From: Candidatus Latescibacterota bacterium
Lineage (GTDB): Bacteria; Latescibacterota; UBA2968; GCA-2709665
DNA length: 64,000 nucleotides
Assembly: GCA_965203805.1 (NCBI GenBank)
Contig: OZ241917.1
Span: 1 to 64,000, forward strand
Reading direction: 5' to 3'
Of this stretch, positions 29,175 to 40,113 are shown piece after piece. The notes under the pieces were generated by a model. That model was not told the DNA's origin. It searched no databases and worked only from the letters and a program-made list of their open reading frames with translations. The position numbers were made by a program, and so were the translations under genes. Numbering within the stretch: position 1 is the stretch's first letter; every line of letters begins with the position of its first letter.

Positions 29175-29564
29175 ATGGCAGAGATTTATAGTGAAATTGC
29201 CCTCGATCACTTCAGGAATCCTCGCAATGCCGGAACCATGCGCGATGCGGACGGCTTCGGCTCCGTGGAAAATCCGGCATCCGGCGCAGTCGTTTCGCTT
29301 CAACTGAAAGTTGTCGATGAACGTGTCGTCCGGGCGATGTTTCAGGCCCAGGGCTGCACGGCCACCATCGCCGCAGCTTCCATATTAACGGAGATGGTGG
29401 CGGGCCTGCCGGTTGCGGCGGCGGCGGCGGTTACGCGGGCGGATGTCGAGGCCGGACTGGGCGGTCTGCCGCCTACAAGAAGACATGCCGCGGCGCTGGC
29501 CAGAGATGCGGTCAGGGCGGCGCTGGCGGATTTCAGGGTCCGGGTGAAGGCCTGCCGGCCCTGA
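29175..29564 (+). CDS. IscU/NifU_N-like scaffold homolog with degenerate ligands
   Basis: YSE..LDHFRNPRNAG, GC and LPP.R.H. Only one of the three canonical Cys is present. Confidence 0.8.
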   Translation: MAEIYSEIALDHFRNPRNAGTMRDADGFGSVENPASGAVVSLQLKVVDERVVRAMFQAQGCTATIAAASILTEMVAGLPVAAAAAVTRADVEAGLGGLPPTRRHAAALARDAVRAALADFRVRVKACRP

Positions 29565-29640
29565 TTCTGATGTACGAAAAAGGACAGGGCGCGTCCGTTC
29601 CCTGTCCTTTTGGGCTTGTTTGGCAGCCACGGCGGTGGAT

Positions 29641-30873
29641 ATGGTCATCGAAAAGCGGCAGTTGACGGCTCAGATCAAGCGGAAGGCCCGCAGAATGGGG
29701 TTCGGCCCCGTTGGGGTCGCGCCCGCCGGCCCGCCGGAGCACTGGAACTTTTTTCTTGACTGGCTGACGCGTGGGTATGGCGGCCAGATGGCCTATCTCG
29801 GTCGGAATCTCGACCGCAGGTCGCATCCCGGGCAAGTGCTTCCGGGCGCCAGGAGCCTCCTCTGTGTGGGGATGAATTACGATCAGGAACCAGGCGCTCA
29901 TCCCGTGAACGGGCGGCCGAGGGGAAAGATTTCCAGGTATGCCAGGGGCGACGACTATCACGACCTGATGACCGCCCGTCTGAAGCGCCTCCTGGAATGG
30001 ATTCAGGTGCGGGAACCCGGGGCGAAGGGAAGGGTCTACGTGGACACCGGACCGGTGCTGGAGCGCGATTTCGCCGCCCGGGCCGGCATGGGTTGGTTCG
30101 GAAAGCACACCAATCTCATCCACAAGCGCAGCGGATCGTGGTTCTTCCTGGGTGAAATCCTGCTGACCGTCCCTCTGGTCTACGATCGTCCCGTCGCCGA
30201 CCATTGCGGGACCTGCACGCTGTGTATGGATGCCTGCCCCACCGATGCGATTCCACAGCCCTACGTGCTGGATTCCAACCGATGCATCTCGTATCTGACG
30301 ATTGAGCTGAAGGGCTCCATACCAAGGGATTATCGGAAGAACATGGGAGACTGGATCTATGGATGCGACATATGCCAGGAAGTCTGTCCGTGGAACCGGA
30401 AACATTCCGATCCGTCGACGGAGCCGGCACTGAAAGCCCGGGAAGGCCTTGATGCGCCCGATCTCTCCGAATTGCTTTCCATGGACCAGGCGGCGTTCAG
30501 CCGGCGGTTCCGCGGAAGCCCCATCAAACGCGCCAAACGACGCGGGCTGTTGCGGAACGCCGCCGTGGCCCTGGGCAACCGGGGAACAGCGGACGATATT
30601 CCCGCGCTGTCGGGAGCGCTTTCCGACCATGAACCCCTTGTACGGGGACATGCGGCCTGGGCATTGGGCCGCATCGGCGGTCCGGAAGCCCGCCTCGCGC
30701 TTTCGGCGGCCGGCGGCTCCGAGACGGACGAGGCCGTCCGGGAGGAAATCGCACAGGCGATAAACGAGATCGACCGGAACGTCGAAGAACGGGGACACCG
30801 CTGCCGGAAGCCGGAGGTCCCCGCCAAACCGAAGACGGGCCATCATCACGGAGTGCCGCATGCAGCTTCTTGA
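29641..30873 (+). CDS. queG: tRNA epoxyqueuosine(34) reductase with a C-terminal HEAT repeat
   Basis: YARGDDYH, VDTGPVLER, CGTCTLCMDACPT, CISYLTIE and GCDICQEVCPWN. Confidence 0.95.
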   Translation: MVIEKRQLTAQIKRKARRMGFGPVGVAPAGPPEHWNFFLDWLTRGYGGQMAYLGRNLDRRSHPGQVLPGARSLLCVGMNYDQEPGAHPVNGRPRGKISRYARGDDYHDLMTARLKRLLEWIQVREPGAKGRVYVDTGPVLERDFAARAGMGWFGKHTNLIHKRSGSWFFLGEILLTVPLVYDRPVADHCGTCTLCMDACPTDAIPQPYVLDSNRCISYLTIELKGSIPRDYRKNMGDWIYGCDICQEVCPWNRKHSDPSTEPALKAREGLDAPDLSELLSMDQAAFSRRFRGSPIKRAKRRGLLRNAAVALGNRGTADDIPALSGALSDHEPLVRGHAAWALGRIGGPEARLALSAAGGSETDEAVREEIAQAINEIDRNVEERGHRCRKPEVPAKPKTGHHHGVPHAAS

Positions 30874-32236
30874 CATCGAACGGCAGCCGGACATATCCAC
30901 GGCGGAAAATCTGAACCCGCGCGCTTCCGCGGCTGCGCGAAGGGTCTATATCGAGACCTATGGCTGCCAGATGAACGTGTCCGACACGGAGCTGATGATG
31001 GGCGTTCTGAGGAAGGCGGGTTTCCGCACGGCGATCGGCGTTGAAGATGCGGACGTGGTGCTGTTGAACACCTGCGCCATCCGAGAGCGCGCTGAAGAGC
31101 GGGTGGTGGGCCGACTCTCCCAGTTGAGCCATGCGAAACGGTCGCGCCCGGACCTCGTGCTCGGCGTGAGCGGATGCATGGCCAAGCACCTTGCGGAGCA
31201 ACTCCTCGACGAGTTGCCGTACGTGGACCTCGTGGTCGGGCCCGATTCCTATCGCCGCCTGCCCGAACTGATCGGTGAAGCGTCTGGTAATCCCGCGCTG
31301 GACGTGCGGTTCGACCGCCGCGAGGACTATCTGGAACTCGACCCCGTACGCCAGGCGGGTACCAACGCCTGGATCACGATTATGCGGGGATGCGACAAGT
31401 TCTGTACGTTCTGCATTGTGCCCTATGTCCGCGGCAGGGAGCGGAGCGTGCCTGCGGCCGACGTGCTGCGCCAGGTCCGGATGGCCGCGTCGGAGGGGTT
31501 CCGGGAAGTGACCCTTCTGGGACAGACCGTGAACTCCTATCACGATGGAGAGACCGATTTTGCCGACCTTCTGAAGCTGGCGGCCGGAGTGGAGGGAATA
31601 CGGCGGATTCGCTTTACGTCGCCCCATCCCAGTGACTTTTCACGGAAACTGATCGACACCATGGCAGATGAGAAAAAAATCTGCCGGTTCATCCATCTTC
31701 CGGTACAGTCCGGTTCCGACAGGGTTTTGAAGGCGATGAAGCGGACCTATTCCCCGGAAGGGTACCTGGACCTTGTCGCACGCCTGCGGTCGGCCCTGCC
31801 AGGGCTCTGCCTGTCCACGGATATCATCGTGGGATTCCCGGGTGAGGCGGATTCGGATTTCGAATCGACCCTGGCGCTGATGCGGCATGTACGGTACGAT
31901 TCGGCCTTTATGTTCAAATATTCACCCAGGAAGGGTACGGTAGCCTACCGGGATATTCCCGATACGGTCCCGGAGACCGAAAAGGCGCGGAGGCTGGAGG
32001 CCGTGATTGCCCTGCAGACAAGGATCTCCGGCCAGATCAACAGAAGTTACGTCGGAAAGCTGCAGGAGGTGCTCGTCGAGGGGGATGCGAGGCGGGGCGA
32101 GGGACAGGCGGCGGGAAAATCAGACGGATTCAAAACGGTGGTGTTTCCGAGAAACGGAATCGGGACGAATACATTCGTGAACGTCAGAATTACCGACGCA
32201 ACCTCGCGCACGTTGATCGGTCATCCCGAAAACTGA
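30860..32236 (+). CDS. miaB: tRNA-2-methylthio-N6-dimethylallyladenosine synthase
   Basis: [33 protein letters not shown] and a TRAM domain. Confidence 0.95.
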   Translation: MQLLDIERQPDISTAENLNPRASAAARRVYIETYGCQMNVSDTELMMGVLRKAGFRTAIGVEDADVVLLNTCAIRERAEERVVGRLSQLSHAKRSRPDLVLGVSGCMAKHLAEQLLDELPYVDLVVGPDSYRRLPELIGEASGNPALDVRFDRREDYLELDPVRQAGTNAWITIMRGCDKFCTFCIVPYVRGRERSVPAADVLRQVRMAASEGFREVTLLGQTVNSYHDGETDFADLLKLAAGVEGIRRIRFTSPHPSDFSRKLIDTMADEKKICRFIHLPVQSGSDRVLKAMKRTYSPEGYLDLVARLRSALPGLCLSTDIIVGFPGEADSDFESTLALMRHVRYDSAFMFKYSPRKGTVAYRDIPDTVPETEKARRLEAVIALQTRISGQINRSYVGKLQEVLVEGDARRGEGQAAGKSDGFKTVVFPRNGIGTNTFVNVRITDATSRTLIGHPEN

Positions 32237-32282
32237 GTTGTCGTGCGGAGCCTGGCAATCGACGCCGCGCCGCGACGCCTAT

Positions 32283-33170
32283 ATGATCCTGCAAATCGAA
32301 AACCAGAACCCGAGAAGAAACCGGCGGTTGCCGGACTGGTTCCGCGTACCCGCGCCCGGCAATGCCGGGTACCGGGAATTGAAACGCCTGATGCGGGAAC
32401 TGGACCTGCACACCGTTTGCGAGAGTGCGCGGTGTCCGAATATCGGCGAATGCTGGAGGGCCGGTACGGCCACATTCATGATCCTGGGAGATATCTGTAC
32501 CCGAAGTTGCGGGTTCTGCGCGGTAAAGACGGGGCGGCCGGAGGGCCTCGACCTGGAAGAACCCGGCCGGGTCGCCGAAGCCGTGCGGCGGCTGGGCCTG
32601 AGACATGCCGTCGTGACTTCCGTGAACCGTGACGAATTGCCGGACGGAGGCGCGTCGATATTTGCAGCCACCATCCGGGCGATCCGTCGGTTGCGGTCCG
32701 AAACACGGGTGGAAGTCCTGATTCCGGACTTTCAGGGAAACTGGCCGGCTCTGGAGACGGTGATGTCCGCCGGTCCCGACATTCTGAACCACAACGTGGA
32801 AACCCCGCCCAGATTGTACCGCCTGATGCGCCCTCAGGCGAATTACGCCCGGTCTCTCGAACTGCTCAGGCGCGCCCGAAGGGCCGACCCCCGTATTGCA
32901 ACGAAGTCAGGGATCATGGTCGGCGCCGGCGAGAGCCTCGAAGAGGTGTATCAGACCATCGACGACATTGCCGAACAGGGAACGGATATACTTACGGTGG
33001 GTCAATATCTGCAGCCTTCGCCGACCCATGTTTCCATCGCCAGATTCTACCGTCCGGACGAATTCCGGAAGATCCGGACTTTTGCGGAGATGCGAGGTTT
33101 TCGCCACGTGGAGTCGGGGCCGCTGGTACGGAGTTCCTACCACGCCGCAAGCCACGTTTCTGCAGGGTGA
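32283..33170 (+). CDS. lipA: Lipoyl synthase
   Basis: [20 protein letters not shown] and PLVRSSYHA. Confidence 0.95.
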   Translation: MILQIENQNPRRNRRLPDWFRVPAPGNAGYRELKRLMRELDLHTVCESARCPNIGECWRAGTATFMILGDICTRSCGFCAVKTGRPEGLDLEEPGRVAEAVRRLGLRHAVVTSVNRDELPDGGASIFAATIRAIRRLRSETRVEVLIPDFQGNWPALETVMSAGPDILNHNVETPPRLYRLMRPQANYARSLELLRRARRADPRIATKSGIMVGAGESLEEVYQTIDDIAEQGTDILTVGQYLQPSPTHVSIARFYRPDEFRKIRTFAEMRGFRHVESGPLVRSSYHAASHVSAG

Positions 33171-33174
33171 GTGC

Positions 33175-33567
33175 GTGTTCAAGTTGAATCGACGGCGTCC
33201 GAAAGACCGGTGTCGAACCGGTCGGTCCGCCCCCGGCGGCTCAGGCCGCGGCCAGCGGTTCTTTCACGTGGCTTCGATGCAGGAAGTCCCGCCCGGGAAG
33301 GGCAAACTGGTGACGATGATGGGACGTGAGATCGGGCTGTTCAACGTGGGCGGCAGAATCGAGGCGATCGACAACGTCTGTCCTCACAACCAGCGACCCA
33401 TCGGCACCGACGGGATCAGCGGCGGGATGGTGACCTGTTTCTGGCACAACCTCACGTTCGATCTCGAGTCCGGCGCCTGTACCGAGGCGCCGCATTTCAA
33501 GGTCAGGAAATATCCCGTACGTATCCGGGAGGATGAGATTTTCGTCTCTCCAGACGCCGGAGTCTGA
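33175..33567 (+). CDS. Rieske [2Fe-2S] ferredoxin (NirD-like)
   Basis: CPH...CFWH..FD motif. Start uncertain. Confidence 0.8.
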   Translation: MFKLNRRRPKDRCRTGRSAPGGSGRGQRFFHVASMQEVPPGKGKLVTMMGREIGLFNVGGRIEAIDNVCPHNQRPIGTDGISGGMVTCFWHNLTFDLESGACTEAPHFKVRKYPVRIREDEIFVSPDAGV

Positions 33568-33589
33568 CGGGTTGCCGGGCGCTTTGGAG

Positions 33590-33618
33590 TTGACTTGAAT
33601 GGCGGCGTTCAATACATT
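33590..33618 (+). promoter_or_regulatory. sigma70-type promoter upstream of the GWxTD gene
   Basis: TTGACT-N17-TACATT. Confidence 0.55.
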
Positions 33619-33725
33619 GCCTGTTTCGGCTCCGGGCGGGAAGCCGCCCGGCCGCAATTGATTCCCGGTGTGCCGGGCGGGACACCGGATTTGAATCGTT
33701 ACAGACAATCTCGGAGACCTGGGAA

Positions 33726-35102
33726 ATGGGATCTAAAGATCGGCTTTGGATAGGCGTCCTGCTGTTTGCGGGCGTTTCGTTCTGGTGTGCGGATGGGCAT
33801 TGCGGCGAAGCGACGGGCGTGGACCTGCCTCTGATCGGCGAAGGCGATCTGGCGTTTTTCACGGACACCGCCGGCTTCCAGGCGTCGGCTGGATATACCC
33901 GCCAGGAGATTTACGTTCTTCTCGATGCGAGTCAGTTGAAATTCAGGCGGAAGAGAAAACGATACGAAGCCGAAATGGAATTGTCCGTTTCCCTGACCGA
34001 CTCCGCGGGCGCCGTCGTCAACGAAGAGACCTGGAAACGCAAGGTGTGGGTCGAAAGCGCCGACGATGTCGAAGGCGCCGGATTGCCCTTTCGGGATATG
34101 ATCGGATTCGACCTGAGGCCCGGCGCCTACCGGATGACCCTTTCGATTCGAGACCTCAAGGAAAAAAAGAAAGCGGTGGCGGAAGGAGCGTTGCAGGTTC
34201 GGAACTTTGAAAGGCAAACCTTGAAATCCAGCGATCTTCTGTTCGCAACGGGGCTTTCAAAAGCCGAGACCGACAGCCGGTTTTCGAGATACGGCTGGCT
34301 GGTGACCCCCAACGTCACGCGGACCTATCCCGCCGGCGGAGACATCGAAGTCTATTACGAGATCTATCACCTTTCGCCTCCGGTTGAGGGAGCGGACAAT
34401 ACGTTTCTGCTGGGTTACAGCGTGCTGGATACGGCCGGCGCCGTGCTTGCGAAGTTTGCCGACCAGCGGTTGATGAAACCGGGGACCAGCGCCGTTAAAA
34501 CAGAGATCTTCAACACCGGCGATCTGCCTCCGGGCACCTACTATCTTCAAGTCGAGGCGCTGGACCGGAGCAACCGCGCGGTACACAGGGTGAAGCGGAT
34601 GGTTTCGCTGGCCCGGCAGCGGGAAGTCGTCGAATTGACCAAGGAGGAACGGGACAACATTCGATTTTACAGAGATATCCGATATATCGCCAGGGGTTCG
34701 CAGCTAAAGGAATACAGGAAACTGAAGAACCGACAGGACCAGATGGTGTTCCTGAAGGGGTTCTGGAAGGAACTTGATCCTACGCCGGCCACCGACGAGA
34801 ACGAACGCCTGATTCAGCACATTCAGCGAATGCGGTTTGCCGAGAACAACTACGCCGCCAGCCGGGGAAAGCGGGGGTCGGATACGGACAAGGGCCGGGT
34901 CTACATCAAGTTCGGCGAGCCGAGCGACATACAATACAATCTGGCGGCATCCAACGAGAAGCCGTTTGAAGTCTGGACGTACGAAAACCAGCGGGGTGTC
35001 CGGTTCATTTTCATGGACCGGCGCGGCGCAGGTGTTTTCGAACTCGTGCACTCCACCCATCCTGCGGAAACGTATAATCCGAACTGGCGGCTTATCGAGT
35101 AG
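33726..35102 (+). CDS. GWxTD domain-containing secreted protein
   Basis: Signal peptide, then FW..LDPTP.T.ENE, GSDTDKGRVYIKFGEP and EVWTY. Confidence 0.85.
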   Translation: MGSKDRLWIGVLLFAGVSFWCADGHCGEATGVDLPLIGEGDLAFFTDTAGFQASAGYTRQEIYVLLDASQLKFRRKRKRYEAEMELSVSLTDSAGAVVNEETWKRKVWVESADDVEGAGLPFRDMIGFDLRPGAYRMTLSIRDLKEKKKAVAEGALQVRNFERQTLKSSDLLFATGLSKAETDSRFSRYGWLVTPNVTRTYPAGGDIEVYYEIYHLSPPVEGADNTFLLGYSVLDTAGAVLAKFADQRLMKPGTSAVKTEIFNTGDLPPGTYYLQVEALDRSNRAVHRVKRMVSLARQREVVELTKEERDNIRFYRDIRYIARGSQLKEYRKLKNRQDQMVFLKGFWKELDPTPATDENERLIQHIQRMRFAENNYAASRGKRGSDTDKGRVYIKFGEPSDIQYNLAASNEKPFEVWTYENQRGVRFIFMDRRGAGVFELVHSTHPAETYNPNWRLIE

Positions 35103-35195
35103 TGCGCCGTCCGTGGCCGGGAGCCCGGGGGCGCGTGCGGTTCCGGGTTCACGGCAGTTGTTGCATTCGGCACGGAACCATCCAAGGAACTCGCC

Positions 35196-38100
35196 GTGGA
35201 TCCGAGATTTCTCCTGGAAGAAGGCGTGGGGATCTTTACCGGCAATGAGCTCATTGTCAAGGGCGGTCTGGAACACCGCATGGGTATGCTTACGGGCTAC
35301 CCGGGCTCTCCGGTCGCCGAGGTCTTCGATGCCGCGGAACGCATCCGCGAACTGCTGGTGGAGCAGGGGGTTGTGGTGCAGATCGCCAACAACGAAGCGC
35401 TCAGTGCCGCACGGCTCAACGGCTCCCAGATGGCGCCCGTGCGCGCGATGGCGGTAATGAAGAGCGTGGGCGCCCACGTGGCGTCCGACGGGCTTGCTCT
35501 CGGCAATATGGCGGGTACGGCGCCCGGAGGCGCGGCGGTGGCGGTGTTCGGCGACGATACCTGGTCCGAAGGCACCCAGGTGCCGGCCGATTCCCGGTTT
35601 ATTGCCAAGCATCTTTATATGCCCATTCTGGAGCCCAGTACGTTTCAGGAAATCAAGGACTGGATCGGGGCCGCGTTCGACCTGTCGGAAAAGACACGCC
35701 TTTACGTGGCCTATCTTGTTACCTCCAACCAGGCCGATGGAGGAGGCACGGTCGAGGTGGCTGCCAATCGGTTCCCCGATCTGACGGCGAACACGCCCTT
35801 AACCATCGACAGCGGGTCGATTCCGCTGGACGACCGGGTGATCATCCCGCCAAGCACGGCCGTCAAAGAGGAGGATGTCCTTCATCGACGGATGCCGGAG
35901 TTTCTCGAATGCGCCCGTGAATACAATCTGAATCGCATTCTGTATCCGCCTGAATCGGGGAAAAAGCGATTGGGATTCATCAGTTCCAGCCTCGCCTATT
36001 GCTATCTTGAGCATGTGATGAATATGCTGGGGCTGGAAGGCAGCATTCCGATTCTGAAATACGGGCTGACGTATCCCGTGGATCCGGAGATACTGAAGGA
36101 CTTCGTTGCGTTCGTCGATGACATATACGTGGTGGAAGAGAAACGCGGATTTCTGGAGGGACAGGTCACCGCCGCGCTGCAGAGACTGCATCAGGATGGT
36201 ATGATCGGCCCGTTCAGGGTCTGGGGGAAGCGCTTTCCCGGAGGGCAACCGGGCATTCCGGACAGCAAGGGGATGAATCCCTCCATCCTGCTCAAGGCGC
36301 TCTCGCCCGTGCTGCTGCAGCTGGACGATCCCACGGTCCCCGTCGACCGGGACCGGATTGCGCGGGAAGTGGACCTTGTAAACGAGACGGCCGACTATCA
36401 GGTTCAGGCGGCGGTTCGCACGCCATCCTTCTGTCCCGGTTGCCCGCATCGGGACTCCGCCAGTGTATTGAATCGGGTCATCGACGATTTCAGCAACGCG
36501 GATTATATGAGGAAACACCACCAGAAAGATCCCGCCGACCTGGTGTTTCATGGCGACATCGGTTGCTATTCCCTGCTGAAATACAAGCCTTTCGACCGGC
36601 TGATGCACAATTTGTCCGGTATGGGTCTGGGTGGCGGCACGGGCGCCGGGATCGATCCCTATATTGATAACAAGCAGCTTGTCTTTATGGGAGACTCGAC
36701 TTTCTTCCATAGCGGCATGGCGGCGATTTCCGATTCCATCAAACATGGCCAGGACATTACCTACGTCATTCTGGACAACAAGACGACGGCGATGACGGGG
36801 CACCAGCCGACCCCCGGCGTCGACGTGGACATTCTCGGCAAACCGACGTTCGCACAAGATATCGAACAGGTTGTGCGGGGTATGGCGGGCGACGGAGAAA
36901 GCGTGTTTATCGCGCGGATGAATCCGGCGGAGCGGACGTCCTACCGGCAGACCCTTGAGCGCGCGTTGTTGAAAGACGGCGTGAAGATCATCATTGCGGA
37001 CAAGGAGTGCGGAATCACGTTCCACCGCAGGCAGCGAGCCCTGCAGAACGATATCGTTCAGGACAGGGGATTCCTGCCCGAGGAGCGTCACATCAACATT
37101 ACGCCGGAGGTCTGCGAATATTGCCTGGAATGCACGCGGGCAACCGGTTGCAGCGGATTGACGGTGGAGCAGACGCTCCACGGTCCGAAAATTGCCACGG
37201 ATCTGTCACTGTGTGTCGCGGACGGCGCATGCACACGGGTGACCGTTTCGAACGGCGACGGCACCTGCCCGTCGTTCGAGGAGGTTATCGTAAAGCGTTC
37301 CCGGGCCACGCGGCGACGGACGGAAGCCATCGACCTTTCGAATCTGCCGGCGCCCGACGTCAAGGCGTTTGACGCCACATGGTACGCGTACATCGCCGGG
37401 GTGGGCGGCATGGGCATCAATACCATCGCCGCGATTCTCTCCGTGGCCGGCGCCCGGCAGGGGTATACCGTCCGGTTTACCAACAAGAAGGGATTGGCGA
37501 TCCGAAACGGGGCCGTCTATTCCCACGTGAGCTTCGCGAAGGGCGACCGTGTGATTTCCCAGATCACCCCCTACGGTCATGCCGATTTGCTTCTGGGCCT
37601 GGATATCCTGGAGGCGGTGCGTGGTCTCGAGTCCATGGGTAACGGACGTGTGGCCAGCCCGATACATACAACCGCGGTGGTGGAGACGGGCAAGCGGGAC
37701 ACGGTACTTACGCTTACCGGCCAGGACGAATTCGATACCGCCCGTCTGGAGGAGGTACTGAAGCGCCACACCAGATCCGAGGCGTATTTCGGGATGGACC
37801 TCGGGGAGATATCGGAGCGTTTCCTGGGCAACAAGATTTATGCGAACAGCATCCTTCTCGGGGTTGCGTATCAGCGGGGCGTGTTGCCGCTGGATCTGGA
37901 GAACATAAGATGGTCGATGCAGCGCAACATTAAACGCAGCGACCTCGAGTCCAATTTCAGAGCTTTTGATCTGGGCCGCAAGATCGCCATCGAACCGGAG
38001 GTCGTCGCGCAGGAGAAACCTTCGCTTTCCTCCAACGAGCTGATTGAAGACAAGGCTGGCATTCTTGAACGTGGAAGGGGCAGGAAAGCGAGCGCGGTGT

Positions 38101-38801
38101 ACCTCGATCTGACCGCCGAGGTTGCGCCGCTGGACCTTGCCGACGAGGATCGTCTGCAGTTTGCCCTGGGTGTGTACGATCTGATGCAGTGGGACGGCGC
38201 GGACTACGCCAGGTCTTACGTGAGGCGGGTGCGAAAGGTGTACGAAAAAGACCGCCCCGAAGAGGGATACGAAGCGACCCGCGCGGTCATCAGGTATCTG
38301 CCCCGCGTGATGGCGTACAAGGATGAGGTGTACGTCGCGCATCTGCTGACAAGCGAAGAAAAATACAGGCGCGACCGTGAGCGATTCAACGTGAGCGCCG
38401 AACGCGGAGACCGGATTTCCTACCGTCACTTCAACCGGGGCAATTTCAACATTCTCGGGTTCAACCTGTATCTCAAGCTGACCACCCGGGACTGGATGCT
38501 GAAGCTGATGAAACGAATGAAATTCCTGCGGAAGTTGATGCCGTCGTGGCATCGGGAGGAGAAGGCGTACCGCGACTGGTACGTCGATTTTGTCGACCGG
38601 TTCGAATTCGATCATGAGGAACGGTACGGGGACTACGTGCGGGTGTTCCGCATGCCGGAGGAAGTGCGCGGTTATCGCGAGGTGATCCGCCCCAGGATCA
38701 AGGCGGCGTATCAGGCGGCCGCAGCGATGATGGACGGCAACGGACGCCCCCGGTCGGCCGAACCCTATCTTTCCATCGAGCCCGTTGTTGAACGGGTCTG
38801 A
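35196..38801 (+). CDS. Fused indolepyruvate:ferredoxin oxidoreductase family protein (alpha+beta, DUF6537-like C-terminus)
   Basis: GYPGSP, FCPGCPHR, GDIGC, TPP motif GDSTFFHSG..LDNKTTAMTGHQP, CEYCLEC, GVGGMG and MAYKDEVYVA. Confidence 0.88.
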   Translation: MDPRFLLEEGVGIFTGNELIVKGGLEHRMGMLTGYPGSPVAEVFDAAERIRELLVEQGVVVQIANNEALSAARLNGSQMAPVRAMAVMKSVGAHVASDGLALGNMAGTAPGGAAVAVFGDDTWSEGTQVPADSRFIAKHLYMPILEPSTFQEIKDWIGAAFDLSEKTRLYVAYLVTSNQADGGGTVEVAANRFPDLTANTPLTIDSGSIPLDDRVIIPPSTAVKEEDVLHRRMPEFLECAREYNLNRILYPPESGKKRLGFISSSLAYCYLEHVMNMLGLEGSIPILKYGLTYPVDPEILKDFVAFVDDIYVVEEKRGFLEGQVTAALQRLHQDGMIGPFRVWGKRFPGGQPGIPDSKGMNPSILLKALSPVLLQLDDPTVPVDRDRIAREVDLVNETADYQVQAAVRTPSFCPGCPHRDSASVLNRVIDDFSNADYMRKHHQKDPADLVFHGDIGCYSLLKYKPFDRLMHNLSGMGLGGGTGAGIDPYIDNKQLVFMGDSTFFHSGMAAISDSIKHGQDITYVILDNKTTAMTGHQPTPGVDVDILGKPTFAQDIEQVVRGMAGDGESVFIARMNPAERTSYRQTLERALLKDGVKIIIADKECGITFHRRQRALQNDIVQDRGFLPEERHINITPEVCEYCLECTRATGCSGLTVEQTLHGPKIATDLSLCVADGACTRVTVSNGDGTCPSFEEVIVKRSRATRRRTEAIDLSNLPAPDVKAFDATWYAYIAGVGGMGINTIAAILSVAGARQGYTVRFTNKKGLAIRNGAVYSHVSFAKGDRVISQITPYGHADLLLGLDILEAVRGLESMGNGRVASPIHTTAVVETGKRDTVLTLTGQDEFDTARLEEVLKRHTRSEAYFGMDLGEISERFLGNKIYANSILLGVAYQRGVLPLDLENIRWSMQRNIKRSDLESNFRAFDLGRKIAIEPEVVAQEKPSLSSNELIEDKAGILERGRGRKASAVYLDLTAEVAPLDLADEDRLQFALGVYDLMQWDGADYARSYVRRVRKVYEKDRPEEGYEATRAVIRYLPRVMAYKDEVYVAHLLTSEEKYRRDRERFNVSAERGDRISYRHFNRGNFNILGFNLYLKLTTRDWMLKLMKRMKFLRKLMPSWHREEKAYRDWYVDFVDRFEFDHEERYGDYVRVFRMPEEVRGYREVIRPRIKAAYQAAAAMMDGNGRPRSAEPYLSIEPVVERV

Positions 38802-38865
38802 TGCGGAAGACGGCGGCGGCCCTGCAGTTTCGCGGATCCGTCCTGTTCTGTCCGGGGAAGGAGAT

Positions 38866-39915
38866 ATGTTAAAGGTCGGGGTTGCCGGTTTGAGGCGTGG
38901 CCGAAGCCTTGCAAATACGTTTCAGAACCATCCGGAAGCGCGACTTGCGGCGGTCTGCGATCCAGTAGCGGAGTGGCGGGAGCGGGCTGCAGACGTCTTT
39001 CGCGTCGGATCGGCGTACGCGGATTTCGACGCGTTTCTGGCGGCGGACCTGGATGTCGTCGTTGTGGCGACGCCGGCGCCCATGCACGCGAACCATTCCA
39101 TTCGGGCGATGGAATCGGGCGCCCACGTCCTGAGCGAGGTTCCAGCCGCCTGGTCGCTGGACGAATCCGACGCGCTGGCCGACGCCGTTCGCCGCACCGG
39201 GCGGATCTACATGATGGCAGAGAATATGAACTTCTACCATTATGTTCAGGACTGGAAGACGAAGATTCAATCGGGTGCAATCGGGCGAGTCTTCTATGCC
39301 GAAGCGGAGTATATACACGATTGCCGGAAACTGATGCAGGGTCCTGGGGGAGAACTGACGTGGCGGGCGTCGATGCCGCCGATTCATTACTGTACCCACA
39401 GCCTCGGTCCGGTTCTGGATATCCTGGACGACCGATGTGTTTCCGCGGTGGGCATGTCGACGGGCACGCATACCGAGCCCGAGATCGGCTCGATTGACAT
39501 GCAGGTGGGGTTGTTCCGGACCGAGAAGGGAAACGTCATCAAGATCCTGTGCGGGTTTACGGTGACCAGGGAGCCCGGGATGCACTGGCAGATCTTCTAC
39601 GGTACCGAGGGTACCCTGGAAAACAGAAGGGCGCCGTGGGAAGACGCCAAGATTTTCCGTACGGGTGAGGGGCCAATGGAGAAAATTCAGGCACTGGACT
39701 CCGATCCCGATGCGCCCGTGGAGGCCAGGGCCGGTGGGCACGGGACCTCGGAATACTTCATGGTGGACCGGTTCGTGCGGGCCGTTTACGGCCGGGGGCC
39801 CGTACCGATAGACGTCTACCGGTCGCTGGATTTTTCGGTCCCGGGACTGTGCGCGCATCTGTCGGCGCAACAGGGTAGCGCGCCGGTCGACGTTCCGGAT
39901 TACAGGGTCCATTGA
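38866..39915 (+). CDS. Gfo/Idh/MocA family oxidoreductase
   Basis: Rossmann start, VVATPAPMH, HVLSEVP, YCTHSLGP and GGHG. Confidence 0.88.
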   Translation: MLKVGVAGLRRGRSLANTFQNHPEARLAAVCDPVAEWRERAADVFRVGSAYADFDAFLAADLDVVVVATPAPMHANHSIRAMESGAHVLSEVPAAWSLDESDALADAVRRTGRIYMMAENMNFYHYVQDWKTKIQSGAIGRVFYAEAEYIHDCRKLMQGPGGELTWRASMPPIHYCTHSLGPVLDILDDRCVSAVGMSTGTHTEPEIGSIDMQVGLFRTEKGNVIKILCGFTVTREPGMHWQIFYGTEGTLENRRAPWEDAKIFRTGEGPMEKIQALDSDPDAPVEARAGGHGTSEYFMVDRFVRAVYGRGPVPIDVYRSLDFSVPGLCAHLSAQQGSAPVDVPDYRVH

Positions 39916-39985
39916 GTCCCGTCGTTCCGGTCCGTGCCGGGCGACGACCCGGCTGCGCATCTGATCCGGATCCTCGTCTGAAATC

Positions 39986-40014
39986 TTGAATCGGCCGACC
40001 CAATTGGGTATATT
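39986..40014 (+). promoter_or_regulatory. sigma70-type promoter of the hydroxypyruvate reductase gene
   Basis: TTGAAT-N17-TATATT. Confidence 0.55.
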
Positions 40015-40113
40015 CGCCGGGCAATCAGGCGAAATTTACATGGCGGCTCCGGTCGGAACCACCGGGATTCGACCGCATTCTACGCTGTTTTCAATTTCCA
40101 AGGAGGGCGTGTT

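Noticed and set aside
25690-29564. Further Sec candidates in Prx, HesB and the IscU-like protein (families with known selenoproteins or key Cys)
   Set aside because: The catalytic positions are TGC or TCC codons, with no in-frame TGA.
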